Sequence record: SRR20825006_112
Reading direction: 5' to 3' (one strand)
Length of the DNA stretch: 53,393 nt
The notes under the pieces are model-generated. The model was not told the DNA's origin. It made no database searches and saw nothing but the letters and a program-made list of their open reading frames with translations. Position 1 is the stretch's first letter. Each line of letters starts with the position of its first letter. Made by a program: the position numbers and the translations under genes. Positions 1-9,959 of the stretch are shown piece after piece.

Positions 1-2
1 CC

Positions 3-3000
3 CTGCCCTACGACCTGTTCAGCCCACACCAGGACATCATCAGCGACCGCATTCAGGTGCTGCACCAGTTGCCCACCACTCACAAAGGCATTCTGGTGGT
101 GCCGGTCAATACCCTGATGCAGCGCTTGGCGCCGCCGATCCACATCACCGGCAACAGTTTCCTGCTCAAGGTGGGCGATCGCTTCGACATGGAAGCCACC
201 CGCAGCCGGCTGGTCGCCAGCGGCTATCGACAGCGGGATAACGTGTACGAGCACGGCGAATTTGCCGTGCGTGGGGCGATCATGGATATCTACCCCATGG
301 GCGCCGAGCAGCCATTTCGTATCGAACTGTTCGACGATGAAATCGAATCCCTGCGCCTGTTTGAAGCGGAAAGCCAGCGCTCCACCGGCAAAGTGGACGA
401 CATCACCCTGCTGCCCGCGGCGGAATTCCCCCTCAGCGCTGAAGGCATCGCCCGCTTCCGCAGCAACTTCCGCGATACCTTTGACGTGGATACCCGTCAC
501 GTCCCTCTCTATCAGGATGTGACGGACGGCCTGGCAGCACCCGGCCTGGAATATTATCTGCCGCTGTTTTTCGAGCAGATGGCCACCCTGTTCGATTACC
601 TGCCCGACGATGTGCGCCTGGTAGAACTGGCTGACTGCCAGAGCGCCATCGAGCATTTCTGGCAAGATGTGGAACAACGCCACGAATCCCGCCGCCACGA
701 TATTCACCGCCCGATTCTGGCCCCCTGGCAATTATTCCTGCGCCCGGACGAACTGAATGCGGCCCTGAAACAGCACCCGCGCGCGCGCCAGACCACTAGC
801 GATTCGGGCGGCGCAGACCAGGCTATTCACTTTGATGTGGCCCCCATGCCCGCCCTCACCGCCGATGTGCGCGCCAACAATCCGCTGGCCCTGCTGCATA
901 CCTTTTCCGACGCTCACCCGGATACCCACATCCTGATCTGTGCGGAAACCGCCGGGCGCCGAGAAGCGTTGCTGGAGCTGATGCAGAAAATTCAGATCCA
1001 GCCGGCCATGAAAGACAACTGGCCAGATTTCATTGCCAACCCGGCGCGCTGGAGCCTGACCCGGGGTGAACTGGATGCGGGTTTCTACGCTCCGGAACAT
1101 GCGTTGTTAGTGGTCACCGAAAACGACCTGTACGGCGAACGGGTGTTGCAACGCCGGCGCCGTAAATCCAGCAGCGACGATGGCGCCGCGGAACAGGCTT
1201 TCCGTTCTTTGGGGGAAATGACCGTGGGCTCCCCGGTGGTCCATCTGGAACACGGCGTGGGCCGCTATCTGGGCCTCACCCACATGGAAGTGCATCGCCA
1301 GCAACACGAGTTTTTACTGCTGGAATACGCCGGCGGCGACAAACTCTATGTGCCAGTCTCCTCTCTGCATCTGATCAGCCGGTACGGTGGCGGCGACACT
1401 GCGCCACTGAACCGCCTGGGCACCGAGCAATGGACCAAGGCTCGCCAGAAAGCCGCCGAAAAAATCCATGATGTGGCCGCCGAACTGCTGAACACTTACG
1501 CCCGCCGCGAGGCCCGGGAAGGTCGTCAGTTCGATGTGGACCTGAACGACTACGATCGCTTCAGTGCCGGCTTTCCTTTCGAGGAAACCCCGGACCAGCA
1601 AGCCGCCATCGCCTCCGTGGTGGCCGACATGCAATCCAGCCAACCCATGGATCGGCTGGTTTGTGGTGACGTGGGCTTCGGCAAAACCGAAGTGGCCATG
1701 CGCGCCGCCTTCGTGGCCGTGGAAAACCAGACCCAGGTCGCGGTACTGGTGCCAACCACCCTGCTCGCACAGCAACACTACGAATCCTTCACTGACCGTT
1801 TTGCCGACTGGCCCGTAAATATCGAAGTGCTGTCGCGCTTTCGCAGCGCCAAGGAAAAGACCCAGGTGCTGCAACGGCTCAAGGAAGGCAAAGTGGATAT
1901 TCTGGTAGGCACCCACCAGCTACTCCAGGAAACCGTGGCTTTCGACAATCTGGGCCTGATTATTGTCGATGAAGAACACCGCTTCGGGGTGCGCCACAAG
2001 GAACGCCTGAAACAGATGCGCGCCGAGTGTGACATTCTCACCCTCACCGCCACCCCCATTCCGCGCACCCTGAACATGGCCATGAGCGGCATGCGTGATA
2101 TTTCCATCATCGCCACACCGCCGCAGAAACGCCTGTCGGTGAAGACCTTCGTACAGCAACACAACGACACCGCCATCAAGGAGGCGCTACTGCGCGAACT
2201 GTTGCGGGGCGGGCAGGTGTATTACCTGCACAACGATATCGACACCATGGAAAAAACCGCCGCGGACATTCGCAAGCTGGTGCCCGATGCCCGGGTCGGC
2301 ATTGCCCACGGGCAAATGCGCGAGCGCGAGCTGGAAGCGGTGATGAGCGACTTTTACCACCGTCGTTTCAACGTGCTGGTGAGCACCACCATCATCGAAA
2401 CCGGCATCGATGTGCCCAGCGCCAACACCATCATCATCGATCGCGCCGACAAGCTCGGCCTGGCCCAACTCCACCAGCTCCGTGGCCGGGTGGGCCGCAG
2501 CCACCACCAGGCCTACGCCTACATGATTACCCCCAGCCCCAAGGTGATGACCAAGGACGCCATCAAACGGCTGGAAGCCATCGAGCAGGCCACGGATCTG
2601 GGCGCCGGTTTCATGCTCGCCAGCCAGGACATGGAAATCCGTGGCGCCGGTGAACTGCTCGGCGAAGAGCAGCATGGCAACATCGAAACCATCGGTTTCA
2701 GCCTCTATATGGAAATGCTGGAACAAGCGGTGGAAGCGCTGAAACGCGGCGAGCAACCGGATGTGGAAAAACCCCTCAGCGGCGGCCCGGAACTGAACCT
2801 ACGCATTCCCGCGCTGATCCCGGAAGACTACCTGCCCGATGTGTTCGGCCGCCTCACGCTCTACAAGCGCATCGCTGGCTGTAAAACCCGCGCGGGGCTG
2901 AAAGAGCTGCAAGTGGAAATGATCGACCGCTTTGGCCTGTTGCCGGAACCGGTGAAAAACCTGTTCGCCGTGACCGAACTACGCCAACAGGCTGAACGGC

Positions 3001-3245
3001 TGGGTATTATTCGCCTGGACGCCCACGCCACTGGCGGCAAACTGGAATTTGGTGAGCGCACTCCGGTGGACCCGCTCACCATCGTCAAGCTGGTCCAGTC
3101 CGGCCCCAACCGATTCAAGCTTGAAGGGGCCAACGCCCTGCGTTTTGTGGAAGACAGCGAGACACCGGAGGAACGTATCCAGGTCGTGCAGGAACTGCTG
3201 ACGCGCCTGGCAGCCCAAAGCATCAAGACAGGCAGCGCAAGCTGA
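3..3245 (+). CDS. mfd: Transcription-repair coupling factor Mfd (5' end lies outside the window)
   Basis: Frame is open from base 3 (LPYDLFSPHQDIISDR). Contains the CarD/RID region (VVHLEHGVGRYLGL), Walker A CGDVGFGKTEVA, DEEHRFG, TATPIPRT, QLRGRVGR and a C-terminal TRCF domain. Confidence 0.98.
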   Translation: MPYDLFSPHQDIISDRIQVLHQLPTTHKGILVVPVNTLMQRLAPPIHITGNSFLLKVGDRFDMEATRSRLVASGYRQRDNVYEHGEFAVRGAIMDIYPMGAEQPFRIELFDDEIESLRLFEAESQRSTGKVDDITLLPAAEFPLSAEGIARFRSNFRDTFDVDTRHVPLYQDVTDGLAAPGLEYYLPLFFEQMATLFDYLPDDVRLVELADCQSAIEHFWQDVEQRHESRRHDIHRPILAPWQLFLRPDELNAALKQHPRARQTTSDSGGADQAIHFDVAPMPALTADVRANNPLALLHTFSDAHPDTHILICAETAGRREALLELMQKIQIQPAMKDNWPDFIANPARWSLTRGELDAGFYAPEHALLVVTENDLYGERVLQRRRRKSSSDDGAAEQAFRSLGEMTVGSPVVHLEHGVGRYLGLTHMEVHRQQHEFLLLEYAGGDKLYVPVSSLHLISRYGGGDTAPLNRLGTEQWTKARQKAAEKIHDVAAELLNTYARREAREGRQFDVDLNDYDRFSAGFPFEETPDQQAAIASVVADMQSSQPMDRLVCGDVGFGKTEVAMRAAFVAVENQTQVAVLVPTTLLAQQHYESFTDRFADWPVNIEVLSRFRSAKEKTQVLQRLKEGKVDILVGTHQLLQETVAFDNLGLIIVDEEHRFGVRHKERLKQMRAECDILTLTATPIPRTLNMAMSGMRDISIIATPPQKRLSVKTFVQQHNDTAIKEALLRELLRGGQVYYLHNDIDTMEKTAADIRKLVPDARVGIAHGQMRERELEAVMSDFYHRRFNVLVSTTIIETGIDVPSANTIIIDRADKLGLAQLHQLRGRVGRSHHQAYAYMITPSPKVMTKDAIKRLEAIEQATDLGAGFMLASQDMEIRGAGELLGEEQHGNIETIGFSLYMEMLEQAVEALKRGEQPDVEKPLSGGPELNLRIPALIPEDYLPDVFGRLTLYKRIAGCKTRAGLKELQVEMIDRFGLLPEPVKNLFAVTELRQQAERLGIIRLDAHATGGKLEFGERTPVDPLTIVKLVQSGPNRFKLEGANALRFVEDSETPEERIQVVQELLTRLAAQSIKTGSAS

Positions 3246-3404
3246 AGGCACAGGTGAAGACAGGCGTAACGCCGAGCCGTTAACCACGCTTTTGTCACAA
3301 AATCCGCGCCGATTACCCCATCACCCGTGAGCAATCCAGGCTTATTGGGGTATAGTCGGCCCCAAAATCAAAGCCTGGTCGGCAGGCGGCACAAGGAGTG
3401 TTCA

Positions 3405-4001
3405 ATGCATCGCGCTTTACTGTTGGTTATTCTGGTCCTGTTAGGCAACACCGCTATCGCACAAAGATGGTACAAAGTGGAAGTGCTGGTGTTTGCTCAA
3501 AACAATGCCAGCAGTGAAGAAATCTGGGCAACCGGCCTGCAGCCTCACTATGCCTCACAGGCCGTGACCATAGGCCAACCGGAAACCAGTGAAGCGGCCG
3601 ACCCGGATGCCGTTGCCCGGGGCGCCTGGCAGCCGCTGTCCCAGGACGACGAAGTGCTTGGTTATATGCTGGAACGCATGGAAGGCACCGGCAACTACCG
3701 CGAGCTGTATCATGCCGCCTGGGAACAACCCATCGGCAGCAAAGCAGAGACATTGCCGGTCTATGTGCGCGGCGGGCAAACACTGCCCACCGAAGGCGGC
3801 GAAATACCGGAACTGGAAGGCACCCTGCAGTTCAGTAAATCCCGCTATCTCCATGTAACACCACAAATCTGGTTTAACACGCAAAGTAACGGCGAGCGCC
3901 TGTACGTGGACATCGACGAGAAGCGCCGCCTTGCGGGCCACCAGGTGTACTATTTCGACCATGCCCTGTTCGGCATGCTGATAAGGGTTACGCGAAGCTA
4001 A
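3405..4001 (+). CDS. csiV: CsiV-family (DUF2803) periplasmic peptidoglycan-binding protein
   Basis: ATG 3405 follows AAGGAG. Signal peptide, then WYKVEVLVF, YHAAWEQP, SRYLH and YYFDHALFGMLI. Sits directly downstream of mfd, as in related genomes. Confidence 0.8.
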   Translation: MHRALLLVILVLLGNTAIAQRWYKVEVLVFAQNNASSEEIWATGLQPHYASQAVTIGQPETSEAADPDAVARGAWQPLSQDDEVLGYMLERMEGTGNYRELYHAAWEQPIGSKAETLPVYVRGGQTLPTEGGEIPELEGTLQFSKSRYLHVTPQIWFNTQSNGERLYVDIDEKRRLAGHQVYYFDHALFGMLIRVTRS

Positions 4002-4226
4002 ACAACGAAGTCGTTCAGAGGGCACTGGCACGGCACATCCGTAAAGCGACCGCATCATATATGAGCAAGAAAAAATGCAGCATAGCGTTGAGCAATTCGG
4101 AAACGCTGTAGAGCCAATCCGATAACCCAAATCAAGGTGGCTGACCTATATCATAGGTCGAGGGTTATCCGGGTAGAGAAAGGGAGTAAAGGGTATTCAT
4201 CTTCGCAGAGCAGCATTCAATTTCGC

Positions 4227-4967
4227 TTAGCTCTTTTTATAAAACGCCCCACTCTTTTTCATGTACTCGCCAATACCCGTTCCATCGACGACCACGAAAT
4301 CAACCGCTTGGCCGGATGGAGCGGTATCCACAACCACAGATCCTGCCTCAGACATGGCAACCTCCAGATCCAGCCCTTCAAATCCCACCACCAACGTCGG
4401 CTTCTGCGACATTTCAGGATCATGCATCAGGCATAGATAGGCGGCTGTCACACCAGGGTGGTCAGGCAGAAGCTGCTGCAAGGCCTCCACCATGGCCGTG
4501 GGATACTCTGCTGGTTGGCCAAGCATCACCCGCGTTTCTTTCTCCACCACCCGGGTGTCGGCTTTCTGGTTCATGCCGGTATCCAGCAGGGCATCAATTT
4601 CGTGAGGAACAAATTCCTTGCCGTGATCCGATTTCGGATTGAGGAACAGTGTAGTCCCACGCGTCAGTTCAAACAGGCTGCGGGCAGGCAGTGACAGGTA
4701 AGACGTCTCGACATCGATGGCCAGTTGCAGCGCTTCCAGATGGGTAAAAAACGGAATCACGGGGCTTCCATCGGCCTTTTCCCAATTTACCAGTGACACA
4801 TTGGCCCCGGCAGGAATGGTGTGGTGGCCCTGCGCGTTCAGGTCAGGCTGGTCCGTATGACCGATCACAAATACATCCGCCTCCATCAGAGCCCGGTAAA
4901 AAGCTGGCCGTTGCGACGGCTCCTGTGCAGCACGCTTTAAAGCCTTCGCCAATGGGATATCTGCCAT
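4227..4967 (-). CDS. sseB: Enhanced serine sensitivity protein SseB
   Basis: LKRAAQEPSQRPAFYRAL, WEKADGSPVIPFFT, LNPKSDHGKEF and the C-terminal SseB_C region (LGQPAEYP). Start placed at ATG 4967 (AAGGA upstream). Confidence 0.85.
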   Translation of the reverse strand: MADIPLAKALKRAAQEPSQRPAFYRALMEADVFVIGHTDQPDLNAQGHHTIPAGANVSLVNWEKADGSPVIPFFTHLEALQLAIDVETSYLSLPARSLFELTRGTTLFLNPKSDHGKEFVPHEIDALLDTGMNQKADTRVVEKETRVMLGQPAEYPTAMVEALQQLLPDHPGVTAAYLCLMHDPEMSQKPTLVVGFEGLDLEVAMSEAGSVVVDTAPSGQAVDFVVVDGTGIGEYMKKSGAFYKKS

Positions 4968-5061
4968 GTCTTGTGTTGTCCTTGCTGTCTTTTTCAAATG
5001 GCATGCAGGCCACCTGTTCGCTTGCTGTTGTGGCACAAGCAGGTTTTAAGACCGGTACTCT

Positions 5062-6489
5062 CTACATACCCGGACACTGGAATTTTTTTCTCACCACTGC
5101 GCGGCACCCCATGGCAGAAAAAGAGCCCAACCGATCGCAGCCTTCCAGGGCAACGGCTAGCTTGGTGCACTCCACTGCCGTGTCGGTTAGGGTGCTCTGA
5201 ACAGAGGATGATGGGTCCGCTGCCACTGGTGAACGGGCTGCAACACTGCGCTGTTGAGCTCCACGTTCCAGTGCCACAATCAATGTTTCGCTCATGCCAA
5301 GGAACAATAACAAATCCCGATTCTCTGGAGTCAGTTCTGGATAACGAAAGAACGGATGGCTGTCGATGATGTTCTGTAACTCGCCCATACTCGCGCCCGC
5401 CTTTTCCCGCTTCAATAGCGCTCCCACCGTCGCGCTCTCATCAGGCCCGACGTTCAACAAGGCATAGTTTCCCGGAAAAATATCACCACAGGCACGACAC
5501 GCTTGCCGATACGCCCGGTATACGGCAACCGGATCATCCGCTTTTTCCTGAATCCCGAGCACGCGCCTGTCTACCTCTCTGCGGTTAGCAGATAGGTCAT
5601 AGATGGAGGAATAAGCGATGTAACCTGCCAGCGTGTTGGTTTTTATCGCACGTTCATACGCCGCTGCTTCCTGCTTGTTTAACGTTTCCCTGAGCAGCTT
5701 AGCCTTCGGCAGGTAAGCCGGATCTGCCACGTCATTGATGTAATCAGCCAAACCACTTTGTGTTGGCGACCGTTGAATGGCTTGCCAAAGGAGGGTTTTC
5801 GAGGCCGTGAGCTTCCCGTTCTTCACCAGGGCGTGGTCCGCGGGAATGATATGGGGCGCAAAGGTTATCGTTAGTGGCTCACCATTGCGTTGCAGCCGAA
5901 AAGTTACCGTGTCACCGAAACGGACAGTCTGGATATCCGCGACCAGAGTGGCCATGTCTCTATATCTCTTGCCGTTATAATCCAGAACTCGATCGCCCGA
6001 CTGGAAACCCGCCAAGTATGCAGGGGAATTATAAATCACGTTTTCAATCCCGACGTATGCTGTACCAACAGGCTCGGACGCCTCCTTAAAGCTGAGCCCC
6101 ATGAATGGCCGTTCACCGCGAATCGCAAACGCCTTATCGAAGCGCCCAATAGCTATATCTGCTTCCAGCTCCGAATACATCGAGAGCTGCACGCCTTTGT
6201 CATACAAGCCCACAAACCGCAGCCCGGTGGCAGGAACAAAAATCTTCACCGGACCCTGCCACCCACCTTTTATCATCTCTCCTTCCGACACCATGCCATC
6301 GGGTCTGGTAATAGTCACCGGGCCGGTGACGGCATTATCTTCCATGACGAAATTGCTCTCGTCCGTTGTCAGCACACTGCCATCTTGCAAAGCAAATTCC
6401 ACAGCCATGGCGTGCGGTGCACACAATGCCCCCCACAAAGCCAACCCCACCGTCGCAGCCCGAAACAACCCATCGACATATCCCCCCAC
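5062..6489 (-). CDS. Secreted hypothetical protein with a central PDZ domain and a Cys-rich C-terminus
   Basis: Signal-peptide-like N-terminus (AHAMA-type site 'PHAMA'); PDZ signature FMGLSF...VIYNSPAYLAGFQSGDRVLDYNG...LQRNGE; four Cys in the last 35 aa. Confidence 0.65.
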   Translation of the reverse strand: MGGYVDGLFRAATVGLALWGALCAPHAMAVEFALQDGSVLTTDESNFVMEDNAVTGPVTITRPDGMVSEGEMIKGGWQGPVKIFVPATGLRFVGLYDKGVQLSMYSELEADIAIGRFDKAFAIRGERPFMGLSFKEASEPVGTAYVGIENVIYNSPAYLAGFQSGDRVLDYNGKRYRDMATLVADIQTVRFGDTVTFRLQRNGEPLTITFAPHIIPADHALVKNGKLTASKTLLWQAIQRSPTQSGLADYINDVADPAYLPKAKLLRETLNKQEAAAYERAIKTNTLAGYIAYSSIYDLSANRREVDRRVLGIQEKADDPVAVYRAYRQACRACGDIFPGNYALLNVGPDESATVGALLKREKAGASMGELQNIIDSHPFFRYPELTPENRDLLLFLGMSETLIVALERGAQQRSVAARSPVAADPSSSVQSTLTDTAVECTKLAVALEGCDRLGSFSAMGCRAVVRKKFQCPGM

Positions 6490-6578
6490 GTTTTATCCCC
6501 TTTCAAAGACCATTGGCCACCCGCCTGCTGGCGTACCTTTCAATAATAACGGCTTATGTTACTTCCTGTTCAATGCAC

Positions 6579-7487
6579 TTATGCATTCAGGTAGCGAACA
6601 CCGGTGAGGCGTTCGGATTCCTCCCATAATCGTTGCGCAAGCGTTTCATTATTCGTGATTTTGCGCGCAAAGGCCGGCGCCGGGTAACCTCGCAGTTCCA
6701 GGATTTTCCCATCCGGGCCGTAATATCCCCCAGAGACTACATCATCGCTGGTCGCGGCCATCACCCCCGGCAGGCAGCCCATCTCTGCCGGCTGGGCCAT
6801 CACCATGTTGAACAACCCTCCAGCTGGAATGGTGTCCTGCAGATGGGTCGCCGAGTAACCAGGGTGGGCAGCCATCACCTGGATGTTTGAACCACGTTTG
6901 CGTAAACGGCGGTGCAGATCTTTGGCGAAAATCAGGTTAGCCAGCTTGCTCTGGCAATAGAACGGCCAGCGCGAATAACGCTTCTCGGCATTGAGATTTC
7001 CCCACATGATCTTGCCGCTACGGTGCGCCAGGCTGGAGATCTGCACGATGCGCGGAGCCGGCGCCGCTTCCAGCAGATCCAGCAAGGGGCCGGTAAGCGC
7101 AAAGTGGCCGAGATGATTGGTACCGAACTGTATTTCAAAACCATCCCTGGTGCGCTGTAGCGGGGGCGCCATCAAGCCCGCATTGTTGAGCAGAACATCC
7201 AGCTTGCTGATACGCTCTTTCAGTGCCACAACAAACGCCGTTATCGATGCCAGATCGGCCAGATCCAGCGGCATAACAATCAAGCTGGCATTCGGTGTCA
7301 GCCCCCTGACCTGCTCCACGGCTGCTTGCGCCTTGGCCGTGTTACGGCATGCCATGATCACCTCTGCACCGTTGGCGGCAAATAATTTCACCGCTTCCAG
7401 GCCAATACCGCTGTTGGCACCGGTGACCAGTATGGTCTTTCCGGTGAGGTCAGGAATATGCGCTGGGCGCCAGCTGGATTTAGCCAT
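6579..7487 (-). CDS. Short-chain dehydrogenase/reductase (retinol dehydrogenase/WWOX-like)
   Basis: TGANSGIG, NNAG, GTNHLGHF, catalytic YCQSK, HPG. Start at ATG 7487 after AAGGA. Confidence 0.92.
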   Translation of the reverse strand: MAKSSWRPAHIPDLTGKTILVTGANSGIGLEAVKLFAANGAEVIMACRNTAKAQAAVEQVRGLTPNASLIVMPLDLADLASITAFVVALKERISKLDVLLNNAGLMAPPLQRTRDGFEIQFGTNHLGHFALTGPLLDLLEAAPAPRIVQISSLAHRSGKIMWGNLNAEKRYSRWPFYCQSKLANLIFAKDLHRRLRKRGSNIQVMAAHPGYSATHLQDTIPAGGLFNMVMAQPAEMGCLPGVMAATSDDVVSGGYYGPDGKILELRGYPAPAFARKITNNETLAQRLWEESERLTGVRYLNA

Positions 7488-7620
7488 GAATCGTCCTTGA
7501 GTTATGAATGTCAGCACTATTGTTCGCCGTAGCCAGAACCGTAGCACGCTCCCGTTGGGCCAATTCGCCTGCAGCCCGCCAGCAACCGGCCCCGCACCTG
7601 GGCACCGCAAGCCCACTTAT

Positions 7621-7635
7621 TGAAATGCCATTTCA
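7621..7635. promoter_or_regulatory. Palindrome TGAAATG-C-CATTTCA, candidate operator between the divergent SDR and thioesterase genes
   Basis: Perfect 7-bp inverted repeat in the divergent intergenic region; the cognate regulator is unknown. Confidence 0.35.
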
Positions 7636-7689
7636 CATGCGGCATTGGCACTTGCTAAAATAACCGCTTGCCCCCCACCGGAGCCTCCC

Positions 7690-8106
7690 ATGGCGCGCGT
7701 TACGCTGGATTTGCCTGAACAGTTTCTTTACACCCACACCATCAACGTGCGCATGACCGACCTGAATACCGGCAAACATGTGGGCAATGATCAGATGATT
7801 TCGCTACTTTCCGAGGCCCGCTACCGGTTTTTCTGTGATATTGATTACAGTCAGGAACGTATCGTGGTGACCGATCTGGTAGCCAGCTATCGTGCTGAAA
7901 GCTTTGCGCAGGACGACTTGCAGTTTGAAGTGGGGCTGATGGATTTCAACAAATACGGGGCGGACCTGATTTTCCGGGTGACCAAACAACCCAGCGGGCA
8001 ACTGGTGGTGCTAGCCAAACAGGGCTTCGTTTTCTTTGACCACCGCAACCACGGCGTGATGCCGGTGCCCGAGGACTTCAAGGCAAAATTCCCGGGTATT
8101 GTCTGA
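7690..8106 (+). CDS. Hot-dog fold thioesterase (4HBT-like family)
   Basis: VRMTDLNTGKHVGND motif, SEAR, GFVFFD. Start at ATG 7690 after GGAG. Confidence 0.85.
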   Translation: MARVTLDLPEQFLYTHTINVRMTDLNTGKHVGNDQMISLLSEARYRFFCDIDYSQERIVVTDLVASYRAESFAQDDLQFEVGLMDFNKYGADLIFRVTKQPSGQLVVLAKQGFVFFDHRNHGVMPVPEDFKAKFPGIV

Positions 8107-8133
8107 GCATTTGCCTCCTCCCCCAGCAGACGG

Positions 8134-9852
8134 TCAGCCGCTCTGTGTGTTCGCCGGCAATTCAAGTAATTCGCTGAGGAAGTCCTCCCAAACCGCATAA
8201 ATCATAAAACGCCCCAATCCTGCAAAGCTGCGGAATGCCACACCGGGAATATCAGACGCCAAACCACGAGCACTGCCGATAGAGATAATACGGTCGTCTT
8301 CACCATGCCAATGCATCACCGGAATGGCGATATCACCCAGATCCACCTTCCAGGGAAACTGCAGGCGCAGGTATTCATCGATAAGAATTTTTGCCCCCTG
8401 AAAATGGCTCCGCCGCATACACTTGATTAACCGACCCAGTAAATCCGGATTGCCAAGAACTTCCTGGTCGTGCTGACAGAGCGACTTGGCGAGCTTGGCA
8501 AAATATTTTTCCGGGGCGTGCTGCACACCACGTAACCCGAGCCGCCCCATCAACACAAAGAGACGTGGATCACGACGAAAAAGCCGGAGGAACATCTTGT
8601 GTAAACGGTCCAGTTTATCCAGTTCGAAATGCTCGATGGGGACAGTGCTGGCAAGAATGCCCAATCGCTCAAAAAGATCCGGATGCGTGGCGGCTGCGCA
8701 CAGGGCATAGGGGCCACCACCACAATACGCGGCCATCGGTGGGCGCTGGATTTTCAGGTGCTGACAGAGGGCCTGGATGTCGTCACCAAAATCCCGGAAT
8801 TCAAAATTTTTCTTGTAGGTAGAAATGCCATATCCCGGGCGCACGATCATGATCATGCGTAAGCCTTTTTCCCGGTACCAGCCATCAAAAAACGTATGAT
8901 CGGGCACCGCAGCGCCCAGGTTATCCAGCGTCAGCACCGGGCGCCCATTCGGATCGCCATACTCGTACCAGCTGAGTACCCGGCCGTCGGGCAGCGTCAA
9001 TGTAAATTCACGTTCAGCCTGCACCTGCGGCAACCGGGCGGCTTGCACCAGGGCATGCCCCATGGCCTGGCTAACCAATTGCACTTGGCTGCTGGCGTTG
9101 AGTTTACTCATGGTGGACTTGAGCTGAGTACGCGCCGTGTGCACGCTGATATTGAGTAGCTCGGCACTCTGGTTCAGATTGCCGACTTTGCAAAGCAGGT
9201 GCAGCAAACGAGATTCTGCATGGGTAATGTGAAAGACGGACCGAAGCATCTCCGGCGAGGGTGTCACCATGCTCTGTCCGGCCAATACCCAGACGATGGT
9301 TCGTACCTGAGAAATACTGCCCGGCGCATCGGATTTTTTCACTGGCAGGCAGAGTAAGGAAACCGAGTCTTGCTGGGAGTTGAGAAGCTGTGTTTCCCGC
9401 CCCGTTTCCAGTGAAATCACACGCTTCAACGACTGGCGCAGCTCCCGGTCACTGAACTGCAAGGAGCGATCCGGCAGGATTTCCACTGGCCCACAGGACA
9501 ACACCTGTTCCGCTACCGGATTGCATTCGAGCACCCCCATCCGCTCATCGAGCATCAGCATGGGCCAGGGCATCTGGTTATACATGTCGTTGAGGATACG
9601 GGTGCGATCCTCAAGCGCATGCATGTACGCACTGCTACGTACGGCACGATCAAGATGATTGATCAGCACTTCGACTTCCGCTGGGGTTCTGCGGCTATCG
9701 ATATCGGTGCTCACCAAGTCCGACGGAGGGCCTGAGGGAATATCTGTCCAGCTGGTAATGGTATCGACCAGATCCACCCAGTCGCCGGGGGAAAGCGCGG
9801 TTTCGTAAATCTGCCCGATTAGCTCATCATTATCCGTGTCACTCACCACCAC
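8134..9852 (-). CDS. PAS-like/LuxR-HTH transcriptional regulator fused to a degenerate alpha/beta-hydrolase domain
   Basis: N-terminal LIGQIYETALSPGDW; LuxR HTH ITHAESRLL...AELLNISVHTARTQLKSTMSK; hydrolase module LPDGRVLSWYEYGDPNG, RPGYG, YCGGGPYA, WHGEDD. Confidence 0.85.
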   Translation of the reverse strand: MVVSDTDNDELIGQIYETALSPGDWVDLVDTITSWTDIPSGPPSDLVSTDIDSRRTPAEVEVLINHLDRAVRSSAYMHALEDRTRILNDMYNQMPWPMLMLDERMGVLECNPVAEQVLSCGPVEILPDRSLQFSDRELRQSLKRVISLETGRETQLLNSQQDSVSLLCLPVKKSDAPGSISQVRTIVWVLAGQSMVTPSPEMLRSVFHITHAESRLLHLLCKVGNLNQSAELLNISVHTARTQLKSTMSKLNASSQVQLVSQAMGHALVQAARLPQVQAEREFTLTLPDGRVLSWYEYGDPNGRPVLTLDNLGAAVPDHTFFDGWYREKGLRMIMIVRPGYGISTYKKNFEFRDFGDDIQALCQHLKIQRPPMAAYCGGGPYALCAAATHPDLFERLGILASTVPIEHFELDKLDRLHKMFLRLFRRDPRLFVLMGRLGLRGVQHAPEKYFAKLAKSLCQHDQEVLGNPDLLGRLIKCMRRSHFQGAKILIDEYLRLQFPWKVDLGDIAIPVMHWHGEDDRIISIGSARGLASDIPGVAFRSFAGLGRFMIYAVWEDFLSELLELPANTQSG

Positions 9853-9959
9853 CCCACCTGCCCGCGCACTTATTAACCTTCATCATAAAAAGGGGGTATC
9901 AGAGGGGCAAGCGTTTCAGGATGCCGTTCACTTCATCCAATCGTCCACAAGGCAGCGAT

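Noticed and set aside
3327-3404. N-terminal extensions given by the ORF track (also for sseB, SDR, hpt, usp, pyrD, yeaC)
   Set aside because: Downstream starts have better RBS and match the family N-termini.
7646-7656. TGGCACTTGCT as a sigma54 promoter
   Set aside because: The spacing between the GG and GC elements is too short for a -24/-12 promoter.
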